A stretch of DNA of 64,000 nt, taken from positions 384,001 through 448,000 of the forward strand of contig JBIJDH010000001.1 of assembly GCA_044344255.1 (NCBI GenBank). The letters are read 5' to 3'. The notes under the pieces are model-generated. The model saw only the letters and a list, made by a program, of their open reading frames with translations, searched no databases and was not told the DNA's origin. This stretch comes from Myxococcota bacterium. GTDB lineage: Bacteria; Myxococcota_A; UBA796; UBA2385. Each line of letters starts with the position of its first letter. Position 1 is the stretch's first letter. The translations under genes were made by a program, and so were the position numbers. Shown here in pieces: positions 20,631 through 29,171 of this stretch.

Positions 20631-21335
20631 ATGACCGACGCCCCCACGCACCCCGTCATCGAGACCGTGGACCTCCGCCGCGACTATGTGCTGGGCGACA
20701 GCGTCGTCCAGGCCCTGCGCGGCGTGGACATCCGGGTAGACCGGGGTGAGTTCGTCGCCCTCACTGGGGCCAGCGGCTCCGGGAAGTCAACCCTGCTCGG
20801 CATCCTCGGCTGCCTCGACCGCCCCACCGGCGGCACCTACCGCCTCGAAGGGGTGCCGGTCGAGACGCTGAGCCCGGCGGGCCTCGCGCGGGTGCGCAAC
20901 GCACACATCGGCTTCGTGTTCCAAGGCTTCAACCTCCTCAGCCGCCTGCGCGCCGATGAGAACGTCGCCCTCCCCCTCCGCTATGCCGGTTGGCCTCGCG
21001 ACAAGCGCATCGCCCGGGCCCGAGAGCTGCTCGGGCGGGTGGGGCTCGCGGCGCGGGTAGACCACCGACCGACGGAGCTCTCCGGCGGCCAGTGCCAGCG
21101 GGTGGCCATCGCGAGGGCGCTGGCGACCGATCCCGCCTTGATCCTCGCCGATGAGCCCACCGGGAACCTCGACAGCCATACGGGTCAGGAGATCCTCGCT
21201 CTCTTCGAGCAGCTCCACGGAGAGGGTCGCACCATCGTGCTCGTCACCCACGACGAGGGGGTGGCCCACCGCGCCCAGCGCCGGATCCGGATCGCGGATG
21301 GCCGGGTCGAGGCCGCTGCGCAGGGCTCGGCATGA
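20631..21335 (+). CDS. ABC transporter ATP-binding protein (MacB/LolD type)
   Basis: GGAGG upstream of ATG 20631; [47 protein letters not shown]. Confidence 0.96.
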   Translation: MTDAPTHPVIETVDLRRDYVLGDSVVQALRGVDIRVDRGEFVALTGASGSGKSTLLGILGCLDRPTGGTYRLEGVPVETLSPAGLARVRNAHIGFVFQGFNLLSRLRADENVALPLRYAGWPRDKRIARARELLGRVGLAARVDHRPTELSGGQCQRVAIARALATDPALILADEPTGNLDSHTGQEILALFEQLHGEGRTIVLVTHDEGVAHRAQRRIRIADGRVEAAAQGSA

Positions 21336-21396
21336 TCGATCAGGAAGCGAAATACAAATGCTGATACGCCAATAAATCTACGGTCATCCTCTGTCC

Positions 21397-21453
21397 GACC
21401 CTCTGCTTACACCCACGATACTGGATGGGTGTTCAACACGCGGAGGGTCTCCC
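21397..21453 (+). promoter_or_regulatory. Nested stem-loop leader sequestering the Shine-Dalgarno of the 21454 ORF
   Basis: GACCCTCTGC (21397-21406) pairs with GCGGAGGGTC (21440-21449); inner ACACCCA/TGGGTGT. Confidence 0.5.
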
Positions 21454-21804
21454 ATGACCATCACCCCTGTCCATGTTCAGTGCCCCCTCCCCTCCACCCG
21501 AGCCCAGCGAGAGGAGGACGCTCTGGCGCGCCTCCGCCACCTCTGCGCCGGGCGAGCCGACTGGTGTGTCGGGTGGGACCCCCGGTCGGAGGCGCCGGCC
21601 TACTGTGAGCTTCGCCGAGGGTCGCTGACCTGGCGCTGGTGCGGCCGATCGATCGAGGGCGTGGTCGGCCTCGCCCTCGAGGCGCGCGCCGAGTGGGCCC
21701 CTGAGCTGCCTATCTTCCGCCGTTCGACGGGCGAGACCCTGGCGCTGAGGCCGACCCGCCACCCCTCCCTCCGCGAGATGGAGCTGCTGCTGCCCCCCTG
21801 GTAG
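21454..21804 (+). CDS. Hypothetical protein (116 aa, Trp/Cys-containing)
   Basis: GGAGG 7 nt upstream of ATG; fills the intergenic gap; no recognised motif. Confidence 0.55.
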   Translation: MTITPVHVQCPLPSTRAQREEDALARLRHLCAGRADWCVGWDPRSEAPAYCELRRGSLTWRWCGRSIEGVVGLALEARAEWAPELPIFRRSTGETLALRPTRHPSLREMELLLPPW

Positions 21805-21834
21805 GCCCCCGCCGCCGATCGGCGTCCCCAAACG

Positions 21835-21875
21835 GAAGAACCCCCCGCCCGGCCGAAGCCGAGCGGGGGGTCCTC
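21835..21875 (-). terminator. Intrinsic terminator-like hairpin after the RRM gene (possibly bidirectional)
   Basis: Minus strand GGACCCCCCGCTCGGC TTCG GCCGGGCGGGGGGTTC then TTCCGTTT; cUUCGg tetraloop. Confidence 0.75.
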
Positions 21876-21902
21876 ACTCACCTGCCCGAGGGCAGGAGAG
21901 GA

Positions 21903-22352
21903 CTACCAGCGATCGCCGCCGCCGCCACCGCGGTCGTTGCCGCCGCCGTAGCCGCCGCCGGAGCGACCGCCGCCGCCGCCGCCGCCGTAGCCGCCGCGAT
22001 CACCGCCGCCGCCGCCGTAGCCGCCGCCGCCACCGCGACCGCCACCACCGCCGCCGCCGCCGTAACCACCGCCGCCGCCACGACCGCCGCCGCCGCCGCC
22101 ATCACGGCGCTCTTCGGCTTCGTTCACCTTGAGGGTGCGCCCGTCGAGCGCCTTGCCGTCCATCCCGGCGACGGCGCCAGCAGCGGCCTCGTCGGCCGAG
22201 AAGGTCACGAAGCCGAATCCACGGCTGCGACCGGTCTCGCGATCGGTGATGACCTTGGCGTCAACCACGTCACCGAAGCGAGAGAAGGCGCTCTTGAGGC
22301 CTTCGTCCGTCGTATTCCAGCTCAAACCACCAACGAAAAGCTTCTTGCCCAT
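21903..22352 (-). CDS. RRM RNA-binding protein with Gly/Arg/Tyr-rich tail
   Basis: RNP2 LFVGGL, RNP1 [20 protein letters not shown] tail. Confidence 0.96.
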   Translation of the reverse strand: MGKKLFVGGLSWNTTDEGLKSAFSRFGDVVDAKVITDRETGRSRGFGFVTFSADEAAAGAVAGMDGKALDGRTLKVNEAEERRDGGGGGGRGGGGGYGGGGGGGGRGGGGGYGGGGGDRGGYGGGGGGGRSGGGYGGGNDRGGGGGDRW

Positions 22353-22545
22353 TTCGATCTTCACCTGAGTTGCCTGCACCAAAAATTGGCGCGTACCTAC
22401 CGTGGGCAAAGCTCGATATATCCAGCCTTTCCGGATCCTATCGAACGCCCTGTCGAAACGGGGTTCGGAAGAACCAACGTCTTGGCCTGGAGGTTGCCCC
22501 CCTTTCGGGGAACGAAATCTGTATAGCCGGTCGCCCTGGGGCTGT
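22353..22545 (-). promoter_or_regulatory. Putative promoter and structured ~160-nt 5' UTR of the RRM gene
   Basis: TATACA -10-like box (~22520-22525), AT-rich tract upstream; hairpins with GAAA and UUCG loops. Confidence 0.5.
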
Positions 22546-22685
22546 CGCATAAAATTGTGAGAAAGAATGCGGAATCCCGGCGACCTCGATCAAGCGCAGG
22601 GCGCTCCCAGAGACACGCACCACCGAATCACCTGTGTCTCGACGGCGCAATTCACGAATTGCGCCGAGCCTCGACCCGGGCGCGA

Positions 22686-24290
22686 TCAACCCCCGCCGAC
22701 CTTCTGCTTCGGGACCTGATTGGTGGCGAGGCTGTCGAAGTAGCGGAGGAACTCCGAGGCGGTGATCGGCTTCGGCTGGTAGCTGCCCCAGGGGTTGAAG
22801 AACTGGAGCTTGTCCTGCTCCACCACCCCTTGGAAGGCGTATGCGTGGTTGCCGATGAGGACCTTCTGAGGGTCGAGCATGCCGTGGTACTGGTAGCGGA
22901 CCTCCAGATCGGCGGCCGAAGTGGGGGCCTTCCCGGACTTGTACTCAAGCTCGAGCTGGCTGCCCTTGTAGTCGATCGAGCCCGCCTTCACGTCGGCGCC
23001 CATCACCGCGCCGGTGGCGTCGCCCTCTTCGCCCTTGTCGCGGGCCCCGGCCACCTTCTTGCCCTTGTCGGTCACGGTCAGGGTGCCGGGCTCGACCTCG
23101 TTCCACTTGTGCGTCTGGGCCAAGCGCCCGCGGTAGGGGCCCGAGGCGGTGCCGGAGAGCGGCGTCTGGACATCCATCTCGCCGGTGTTCCGCACGCCTG
23201 CATAGATGGCAAGCCCATCGGCGCTCGCCGCCTTGAAGTAGGGGATGACGTCGGCCTCCTTCATCGAGGCCGGGTTCTTGGTGCGGCTCTGGCTCCCCGT
23301 GAGCGCGCTCATCGCCTCGTCGCCCGTGCCCCCCTCGCCGAGGACGTCGTAGCCGCCCTTCCACTGGGCATAGGCCTTCTCGAGGATGGCCGGCCAGAGG
23401 GGGCTGCCGGGGTCTGCGGCGTAAGCGGGGTCTCGCCGATCGCCCTCGACCGTCGGGAGGTAGGCGTCAACCTCGATGAAGACCGGCTTGAAGCGCCCCC
23501 GGCCCTGCTCCTCATAGAAGCGGACGGTGTACTTCTTGCTGCGCGGGTCGTACTTCACGGCGTCCTGGATGGCGCCGGGGCTCGCGCCCACCACCGCGGC
23601 CATCGAGGCGATGAAGAAGCAGTCGCCGAGCGCGCCTTGCGCGAGATCGGCCACCTTGGGGTCCTTCGGGGACTGATCGCCGCCGAAGTAGCTGTAGGCG
23701 AAGTCGTCGCGGAGGGCCTTGTCGTCTTCGTCCTGGGAGAGGGTGGGCTGAGTGCTGAACACCGCCCGGTCGACCCAGCCTTCGACGTTCTTGTCACCCT
23801 GGCGCACCTTGACCCGGAGCCGCTCACCGCGCGACTCCTTGACCTCGCAGGCGCTGCCGTCCGGGACCTTCGTGACCACCTTGGCCCGGGCGCTGCTGCC
23901 GCTGTACAGCGTCACCTCCTCGCCCTGCCCGATCAGGGCTCCCGAGGCGCCGCCGCGGGGAGCGGTGGCGGGGCGGGCGGCGGCGCCCACCTCATCGGGG
24001 GAGCTGCCGCGCTTCTTCGGCATCTCGAAGCCCCCGGCAGCGCCCCGCCCGAAGGCCGCGCTGCCGAAGCCCGACCAGGGGGCCGCCAAACCCGTGTCCG
24101 CGCCGCTCTCGAGACCGCTGTCCAGACCGCTGTCGAGACCGTGCTCCTGCCCCTCTCCGAGCTCGGCGGCCGCGGCGGCGTTGCCCGCCGGGGCGAGCTC
24201 TGCGGCAGGGAGGCCGCCGGACTCGGCGCCGGGAGTTCGGAGCGGGCCCTGGCGTTGGGTTCGAAGCGAATGAGCGGCGTGCTGGAGCAT
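22686..24290 (-). CDS. Calpain-like (peptidase C2) cysteine protease with SH3b-like domain
   Basis: QGALGDCFF, WPAILEKAYAQWKGGY, GNHAY, FNPWG (Cys-His-Asn triad); SH3b-like segment ending VEGWVD. Confidence 0.9.
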   Translation of the reverse strand: MLQHAAHSLRTQRQGPLRTPGAESGGLPAAELAPAGNAAAAAELGEGQEHGLDSGLDSGLESGADTGLAAPWSGFGSAAFGRGAAGGFEMPKKRGSSPDEVGAAARPATAPRGGASGALIGQGEEVTLYSGSSARAKVVTKVPDGSACEVKESRGERLRVKVRQGDKNVEGWVDRAVFSTQPTLSQDEDDKALRDDFAYSYFGGDQSPKDPKVADLAQGALGDCFFIASMAAVVGASPGAIQDAVKYDPRSKKYTVRFYEEQGRGRFKPVFIEVDAYLPTVEGDRRDPAYAADPGSPLWPAILEKAYAQWKGGYDVLGEGGTGDEAMSALTGSQSRTKNPASMKEADVIPYFKAASADGLAIYAGVRNTGEMDVQTPLSGTASGPYRGRLAQTHKWNEVEPGTLTVTDKGKKVAGARDKGEEGDATGAVMGADVKAGSIDYKGSQLELEYKSGKAPTSAADLEVRYQYHGMLDPQKVLIGNHAYAFQGVVEQDKLQFFNPWGSYQPKPITASEFLRYFDSLATNQVPKQKVGGG

Positions 24291-24345
24291 GGAAGACCCC
24301 CGAATCGCCGCAGTGTAGCGCAGTCCGAGGGCCGATGGGGCGCCG

Positions 24346-25125
24346 TTACTTCGCGGCCTGCGGGGGCATCGCCGGGAAGACCCCCACCTCGAGCACGATG
24401 CCCTCGACCCGCGCGGCGACCTTCACGGGGCCCGTGGTGGGGATCCCCATCCGCTCCCCGGCGCTCGGCTGGCCGTCTTCGTCGGCGTCATCGACCACCT
24501 GGAGCACCACCGTGCCGCTGTCCGCGGGCACACGAAGCTCAAAGGGCCCCGCCTTGTCGAAAGAAGCCGAGGTGATGAGCTCGGCGACCTTGGCCTCGGC
24601 GCCGCTCTCGGGGGGCGGAGGCAGGACGCGCACGAGCAGCTTCCCGGTGCAGTCCGCGCAGACCAAGGTGCCGAGGAGGGTCGCGCCCGCGCTGAGCTCC
24701 TCCTGCTTGAACTTCGGGGTGCGCTCCGCTTCGGGGACCGCGCCGCCAAAGACCCCGCCCGCGCCCTCAACGGCGGCGCCGCCCCCCGCCGACCCGCCTG
24801 CGGCGGGCGTCCCCGCCGTGCCGGCGTCTGCGGCACCCTCGGCCGGCGCTCCCGCGGCGCCCTCCGCGGGGACGCCGCCCGCAGAGGCCGGATCGGCCCC
24901 CGCCGCGCCACCTTCACCGGCAGGGGGCGGCCCGCCCGGGCTCCCCCCGACGGAGCTCGGCTCCCCCGCCGTGGGCGCCACGGGCTCCGGGCAGCCGACG
25001 AGCGCGAGGAGCAAGAGGCAGCCGAAGCCGAGGCCCGGATCGCCGCGGCGGGGGCGGGCGGGGCTCTGGACGAGATTCGGTTGGACGAAATTCAGTAGGT
25101 CGAAGCTGGACCGAGACACGGTCAC
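24346..25125 (-). CDS. Hypothetical lipoprotein
   Basis: LLLALVGC lipobox, G/A/P linker, C-terminal beta domain with CADC and DDADEDGQP. True start probably downstream of 25125. Confidence 0.7.
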   Translation of the reverse strand: MTVSRSSFDLLNFVQPNLVQSPARPRRGDPGLGFGCLLLLALVGCPEPVAPTAGEPSSVGGSPGGPPPAGEGGAAGADPASAGGVPAEGAAGAPAEGAADAGTAGTPAAGGSAGGGAAVEGAGGVFGGAVPEAERTPKFKQEELSAGATLLGTLVCADCTGKLLVRVLPPPPESGAEAKVAELITSASFDKAGPFELRVPADSGTVVLQVVDDADEDGQPSAGERMGIPTTGPVKVAARVEGIVLEVGVFPAMPPQAAK

Positions 25126-25176
25126 CTCCGCAGATGATGCCTGGGTGTAGCACAGGGGCAGACCGGTGGGCAGGGG

Positions 25177-28100
25177 CTACTCCTCGCCCTCATCGATGTC
25201 GACCCCCACCTCATCGGGCACCTCGGCTCGCGCGACCCGCCGGGACTCGATCATCGCCTCTCGCGCGAGGTCCTTCCAGCCCTGCAGCGCGCAGACCGTC
25301 GAGCAGCGCTCCAGCAGGAGCCAGAGATCGGGGGAGCGCACGGTGCCGAGGCCGTGGCCCTTCGCGGCGGCCCAGTGGCGGCGCGTGGCGGCCTCGTCCC
25401 CCGCAGCGGCGGAGAAGAGGGCGCGCGCGAGCAGGATCGGCAGCCAGACCCAGTGGTTCTTGTGGGCGGTGAGCAGGCGGGCCGCCTCCTCGAAGGCTTC
25501 CCGCGCGGCCTCGTGCTGCTCCTCGAGGAGCGCGAGCTGGCCGAGGTAGACCTTGGCGACCGCGACCACCGCCGGCCAGCCGCGTTCGACGCCGAGCCGC
25601 GCCGCGCTGCGGTAGGCCCGCGCCGCCTCGCGATAGTCCCCTCGGAAGCGGGCGACCTCCCCGAGGTGGTTCTCCGTGGCGAGGCGGAGGCGATCGGAGC
25701 CGAGGGTGGCGGCGATGGCCCGGGCGGTGAGGAAGTGTTTCTCCGCCGCCGCGATGCGCCGCCTCCGCAGGTGGACGAGCCCCGCGGCGTAGGTCGCGGC
25801 CGCGATGTTGCGGGTGTCACCGCTGGCGAGGGCGATGCGGCGCAGGGTGGCCACGTCGGTCTCGACGTCTCCGAGCCGCCCGGTGGCGAGGCGACACTCG
25901 ACGAGGCCCACCAGGGCCTGCACCTCGGCGCGGGGATCGGCCCCCTGGTTGAGGCGCAGCATGCGGGCATACCGGTCGAGGGCGGCGTCGGGACGGCCCT
26001 CGAGGCGGTACAGGATGCCCTCCCCGTGCGCGGTGTCGACGAGGCCCGCCCAGTCACGCATGGTCTCGAAGGCGGTGGCCGCCTGATCGAGCAGCTTCCG
26101 GCCCCGCTCGAGGTCGCCCTGGGCGATGGCCGCGCGGGCCCCCAGCACGGAGAGGCGAGCCCGGGAGCGGCGGTCGAGGGCGCCCACCTTCTCGGCCTCG
26201 GCGAGGACCTGCTCCGCCTCCTCGGGGCGGTCGAGCTCGAGCAGGGCCTCCGCCATCCGCTGGCGGGCCTCGGCTCGGGCCATGGTGACGCCGCTCTGGT
26301 CTGCGGCGACGCGGGCGAGCGCGGCGGCGAAGTAGGAGAGCGCGGGGCGCCCCTCCACCTGGGTGGTGCGCGCGGCCCGGAGCAGCGGGGTGACGGCCCG
26401 ATCCGCGTTTCCAGAGGCCACCCGGTGGCGGCCGTGGGGCAGATCGACGTCGGCGCCGGTGTACCGGCCGAGGTTCTCCCAGGCGTCGGCGAGGCGCCCA
26501 TGCAGGGCCGCGACGTCGGGGCGACGGACGGCGCGGTCGAAGGCGGCCCGATGGACGCCGGCCCCCTCGAAGACGAGTCGACGCCCCACCTGGCGGACGA
26601 TGCCGGTGGCGAGGAGGCTGTCGAGGCCCTCGAGGTTGAGCCCACGCACCACGAAGGTCGGGGGCTCCGGCCCGGCGAGGGCGGCGCCGGCGAGGGCCTG
26701 CTCGGCGGCCTCGGGGTCCTCGGTGGCCTGGAGCGCCCCGGCGACCCGCCGTTGGTAGAGGTCTTCCCCGTCCTCGGGCAGCAGATCGTCGACGGTGAGC
26801 CCCTCCCGCAGACAGAGCAAGCGGTCCGCCCCACCGACGAGCAGCCCGCGGAGGGCCCCGTCGCGGAGGAGGAGCAGCGCCGTCGAGGGGCTCCCCTGGC
26901 AGACCGGACCGAAGCTGCGGGCGAGCTCCGGATCGAGGCCCACGCCGCTCTCGAGGTAGGTGGTCATCTCCTCTGGGGTGAAGCGGGAGGCGCGAAGCAC
27001 GACCGCGCCCTGCTCCTCCATCCCCGCGACCCGGGCGGCGAGGCGGGGGCTCTCCCCCAGCGCCTCCTCGCTGAGGGTGGCCATGACGAAGACCGGCCGC
27101 TCCCCGACGCTCTGGTCGAGCAGGGCCTCACAGAGGTCGAGGCCATCCCCCTCCACCTCGGCGAGGTGGGCGTCCTCGACGACGAGGCAGGCTCCGCCGC
27201 GCCAGGCCCGGGCCTCGAGGTGTCGGTAGAGGAAGGCGAGGCCCACCGCGGCGTTCACCGGGCGCTCTCCGGGCTGCCCGTAGCCACACCAGCGGGCCAG
27301 GGCGGCGGCCTCACCGGCCACGGCCTCCGGGGTGCTCTGCCGATCTCGAGCCAGCCAGCGCGCCAGCCGGTGCTCGGCCTCGAAGCGGGTGTCGTTCCAA
27401 GGGACAAGCAGATCCTGGACGGCGCCGCGGTAACCGTCGTCTACCCCGGCGGGCTCGTTGTACCGGAGGCAGACCGCCTCCATGTAGCCGCCCTCCTCGA
27501 GGGCGCGCGCCACGGACTCGACGATGCGGCTCTTTCCGCTGTCGGAGGCCCCGATGAGCAGCACCACCGCTGGCTCTCCGCTCTGCACCACCCGCGCGGC
27601 GAGGGTCCACAGCTTCCTCCGCACGGGCTCCCGCACGAGGATGGGGGGCTCGCGGAGGGCGAACAGGGAGGGGCTGGTGCCGGCCCCCTCCCCGAGGCCC
27701 GGCTCGGGGGAGGGCTCCGGCGGCAGCGGCCCCGGGAGGACCCGGTTCCAACGGGGGACGAGGCGGGGATCGGCCGGCGCGCGCCGCGGGGCGGAGACGG
27801 GATCCCGGGCCTCGGGGAGGAGCTCTTCGGGGAAGGTGGTGGTTCGGTTGAGCAGCGAGGCCGTGTGCCGGCTGTCGAGGGCCGAGGCCCGGCTGAGGCC
27901 ATCGGCGCTGAGGGCGCCCCTGGCCACCGCCAGGGCGCGCCGGACGTCCGCGGCGCGATCGTAGCGCTGACGCGGATCCTCTTCGAGGAGGTTCTGAATG
28001 ATCTGGCGGAGCGAAGCGGGCACGGGCCCCGCCACGCCGACGCCCGCGCCCGACAGGGCTTCCCCGGAGCCCGCCGCGCCGGCCTCCGCGGGGCCCAGCA

Positions 28101-28719
28101 CATCCCGGAGGAGCAGGCCGACCGCGTACAGATCTGTCCAGGGGCCGAGCTCCTGGGCCCGGCCCGCGAGCTGCTCGGGGGCCATCCAGCCCGGCGTCCC
28201 CGAGATGCCGCGCCGATCCATCGTGAGCTCGGAGATCGCGCCTGCGACCCCGAGATCCGCCACCCAGGCGGAGGGAGCGGTGAGGTCCTCCCCGTGCAAC
28301 AGCACGTTGGCGGGCTTGAGGTCCTGGTGGACGAGCCCCCGGGCGTGGAGGGCCGACAGCGCGTCCAGCACCTCGTCGATGATCCGCAGCACGAGCTCGA
28401 GCGGGGGCCGCATCCGCAGGAGGTCGGAGAGGCAGCCGAAGCGGGCGTAAGCCAGGGTCACGAAGGGGCGGCCGTCTTCGAGCCGGCCGTGATCGTAGAC
28501 CGGCACGATGCGGGGGTGGACGACCGAGGCCGACAGCGCCACCTCGCGCGAGAAGCGGGCGCGAAAGCGGCGATGAATGGCGAGGTTCGGCCGCACCACC
28601 TTCACCGCGACCGCGTGCTCCAGCAGCAGATCGTCAGCCAGCCACACGGTGCCCGTGGCCCCCTCTCCGAGCAGAGCCCGCCCACGGTAGCGCGGCGGCA
28701 GCGGGGGGAGGGCGTCCAC
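25177..28719 (-). CDS. Ser/Thr protein kinase + P-loop NTPase + TPR repeats
   Basis: LGEGATGTV, VAVK, HQDLKPAN, ADLG, GTPGWMAPE; GASDSGKS, LVVED; TPR-like C-terminus. GTG 28719 taken as start. Confidence 0.92.
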   Translation of the reverse strand: MDALPPLPPRYRGRALLGEGATGTVWLADDLLLEHAVAVKVVRPNLAIHRRFRARFSREVALSASVVHPRIVPVYDHGRLEDGRPFVTLAYARFGCLSDLLRMRPPLELVLRIIDEVLDALSALHARGLVHQDLKPANVLLHGEDLTAPSAWVADLGVAGAISELTMDRRGISGTPGWMAPEQLAGRAQELGPWTDLYAVGLLLRDVLGPAEAGAAGSGEALSGAGVGVAGPVPASLRQIIQNLLEEDPRQRYDRAADVRRALAVARGALSADGLSRASALDSRHTASLLNRTTTFPEELLPEARDPVSAPRRAPADPRLVPRWNRVLPGPLPPEPSPEPGLGEGAGTSPSLFALREPPILVREPVRRKLWTLAARVVQSGEPAVVLLIGASDSGKSRIVESVARALEEGGYMEAVCLRYNEPAGVDDGYRGAVQDLLVPWNDTRFEAEHRLARWLARDRQSTPEAVAGEAAALARWCGYGQPGERPVNAAVGLAFLYRHLEARAWRGGACLVVEDAHLAEVEGDGLDLCEALLDQSVGERPVFVMATLSEEALGESPRLAARVAGMEEQGAVVLRASRFTPEEMTTYLESGVGLDPELARSFGPVCQGSPSTALLLLRDGALRGLLVGGADRLLCLREGLTVDDLLPEDGEDLYQRRVAGALQATEDPEAAEQALAGAALAGPEPPTFVVRGLNLEGLDSLLATGIVRQVGRRLVFEGAGVHRAAFDRAVRRPDVAALHGRLADAWENLGRYTGADVDLPHGRHRVASGNADRAVTPLLRAARTTQVEGRPALSYFAAALARVAADQSGVTMARAEARQRMAEALLELDRPEEAEQVLAEAEKVGALDRRSRARLSVLGARAAIAQGDLERGRKLLDQAATAFETMRDWAGLVDTAHGEGILYRLEGRPDAALDRYARMLRLNQGADPRAEVQALVGLVECRLATGRLGDVETDVATLRRIALASGDTRNIAAATYAAGLVHLRRRRIAAAEKHFLTARAIAATLGSDRLRLATENHLGEVARFRGDYREAARAYRSAARLGVERGWPAVVAVAKVYLGQLALLEEQHEAAREAFEEAARLLTAHKNHWVWLPILLARALFSAAAGDEAATRRHWAAAKGHGLGTVRSPDLWLLLERCSTVCALQGWKDLAREAMIESRRVARAEVPDEVGVDIDEGEE

Positions 28720-28727
28720 GGCGGCGG

Positions 28728-29078
28728 CTACAGGCGGAAGCGGACCGGGCCGCCCACCTTCTCCGTGAAGAGCCGGCCCAGCACGTCCACGAGGGGCTCG
28801 GCGGTGTCCCGCTCCACCCAAACGCCCCCCGCCCACCGGAAGTGCCAGGCGCGGAGGTTGGCCGAGAGCCAGAGCTCGTGGGTGGGGGTCTGCTGGGAGA
28901 GCACGAAGACCGCGCGGCTGGCCTCGAAGTTGACCTGGAGGTTGCCCTCGCTCAGGCGGGCTTCGACGTCGTCGGAGTCGATGTTGTCCACCTGATCGAG
29001 GAGGCGCCGCAGCAAGGCGCCGACCCCCTGTCGGAAGGCGGTGTCATCGGGGAATTCGGAGTGGGGAATCGTTTGCAT
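28728..29078 (-). CDS. cyaY: Iron donor protein CyaY (frataxin)
   Basis: Acidic N-helix; GNLQVNF, FVLSQQTPTHELWLSA, AWHFRW. Confidence 0.88.
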   Translation of the reverse strand: MQTIPHSEFPDDTAFRQGVGALLRRLLDQVDNIDSDDVEARLSEGNLQVNFEASRAVFVLSQQTPTHELWLSANLRAWHFRWAGGVWVERDTAEPLVDVLGRLFTEKVGGPVRFRL

Positions 29079-29171
29079 GGGACCCTCGCAGGGCGACCTG
29101 CCTATCCGAGCCGAGCCGCCTGTCCTCCGGCCGGACACAAGACCGCCGGTTGACCGCTCCGCCTGTAGCAC

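Noticed and set aside
21915..22100. GCC-rich microsatellite-like tract
   Set aside because: It encodes the Gly-rich tail of the RRM protein.
22440..22513. Resemblance to c-di-GMP-I riboswitch (GAAA loop, GCAA, CCTCC)
   Set aside because: The 5' GGCAAAC element and expected P1 pairing are missing; kept only as a generic structured leader.
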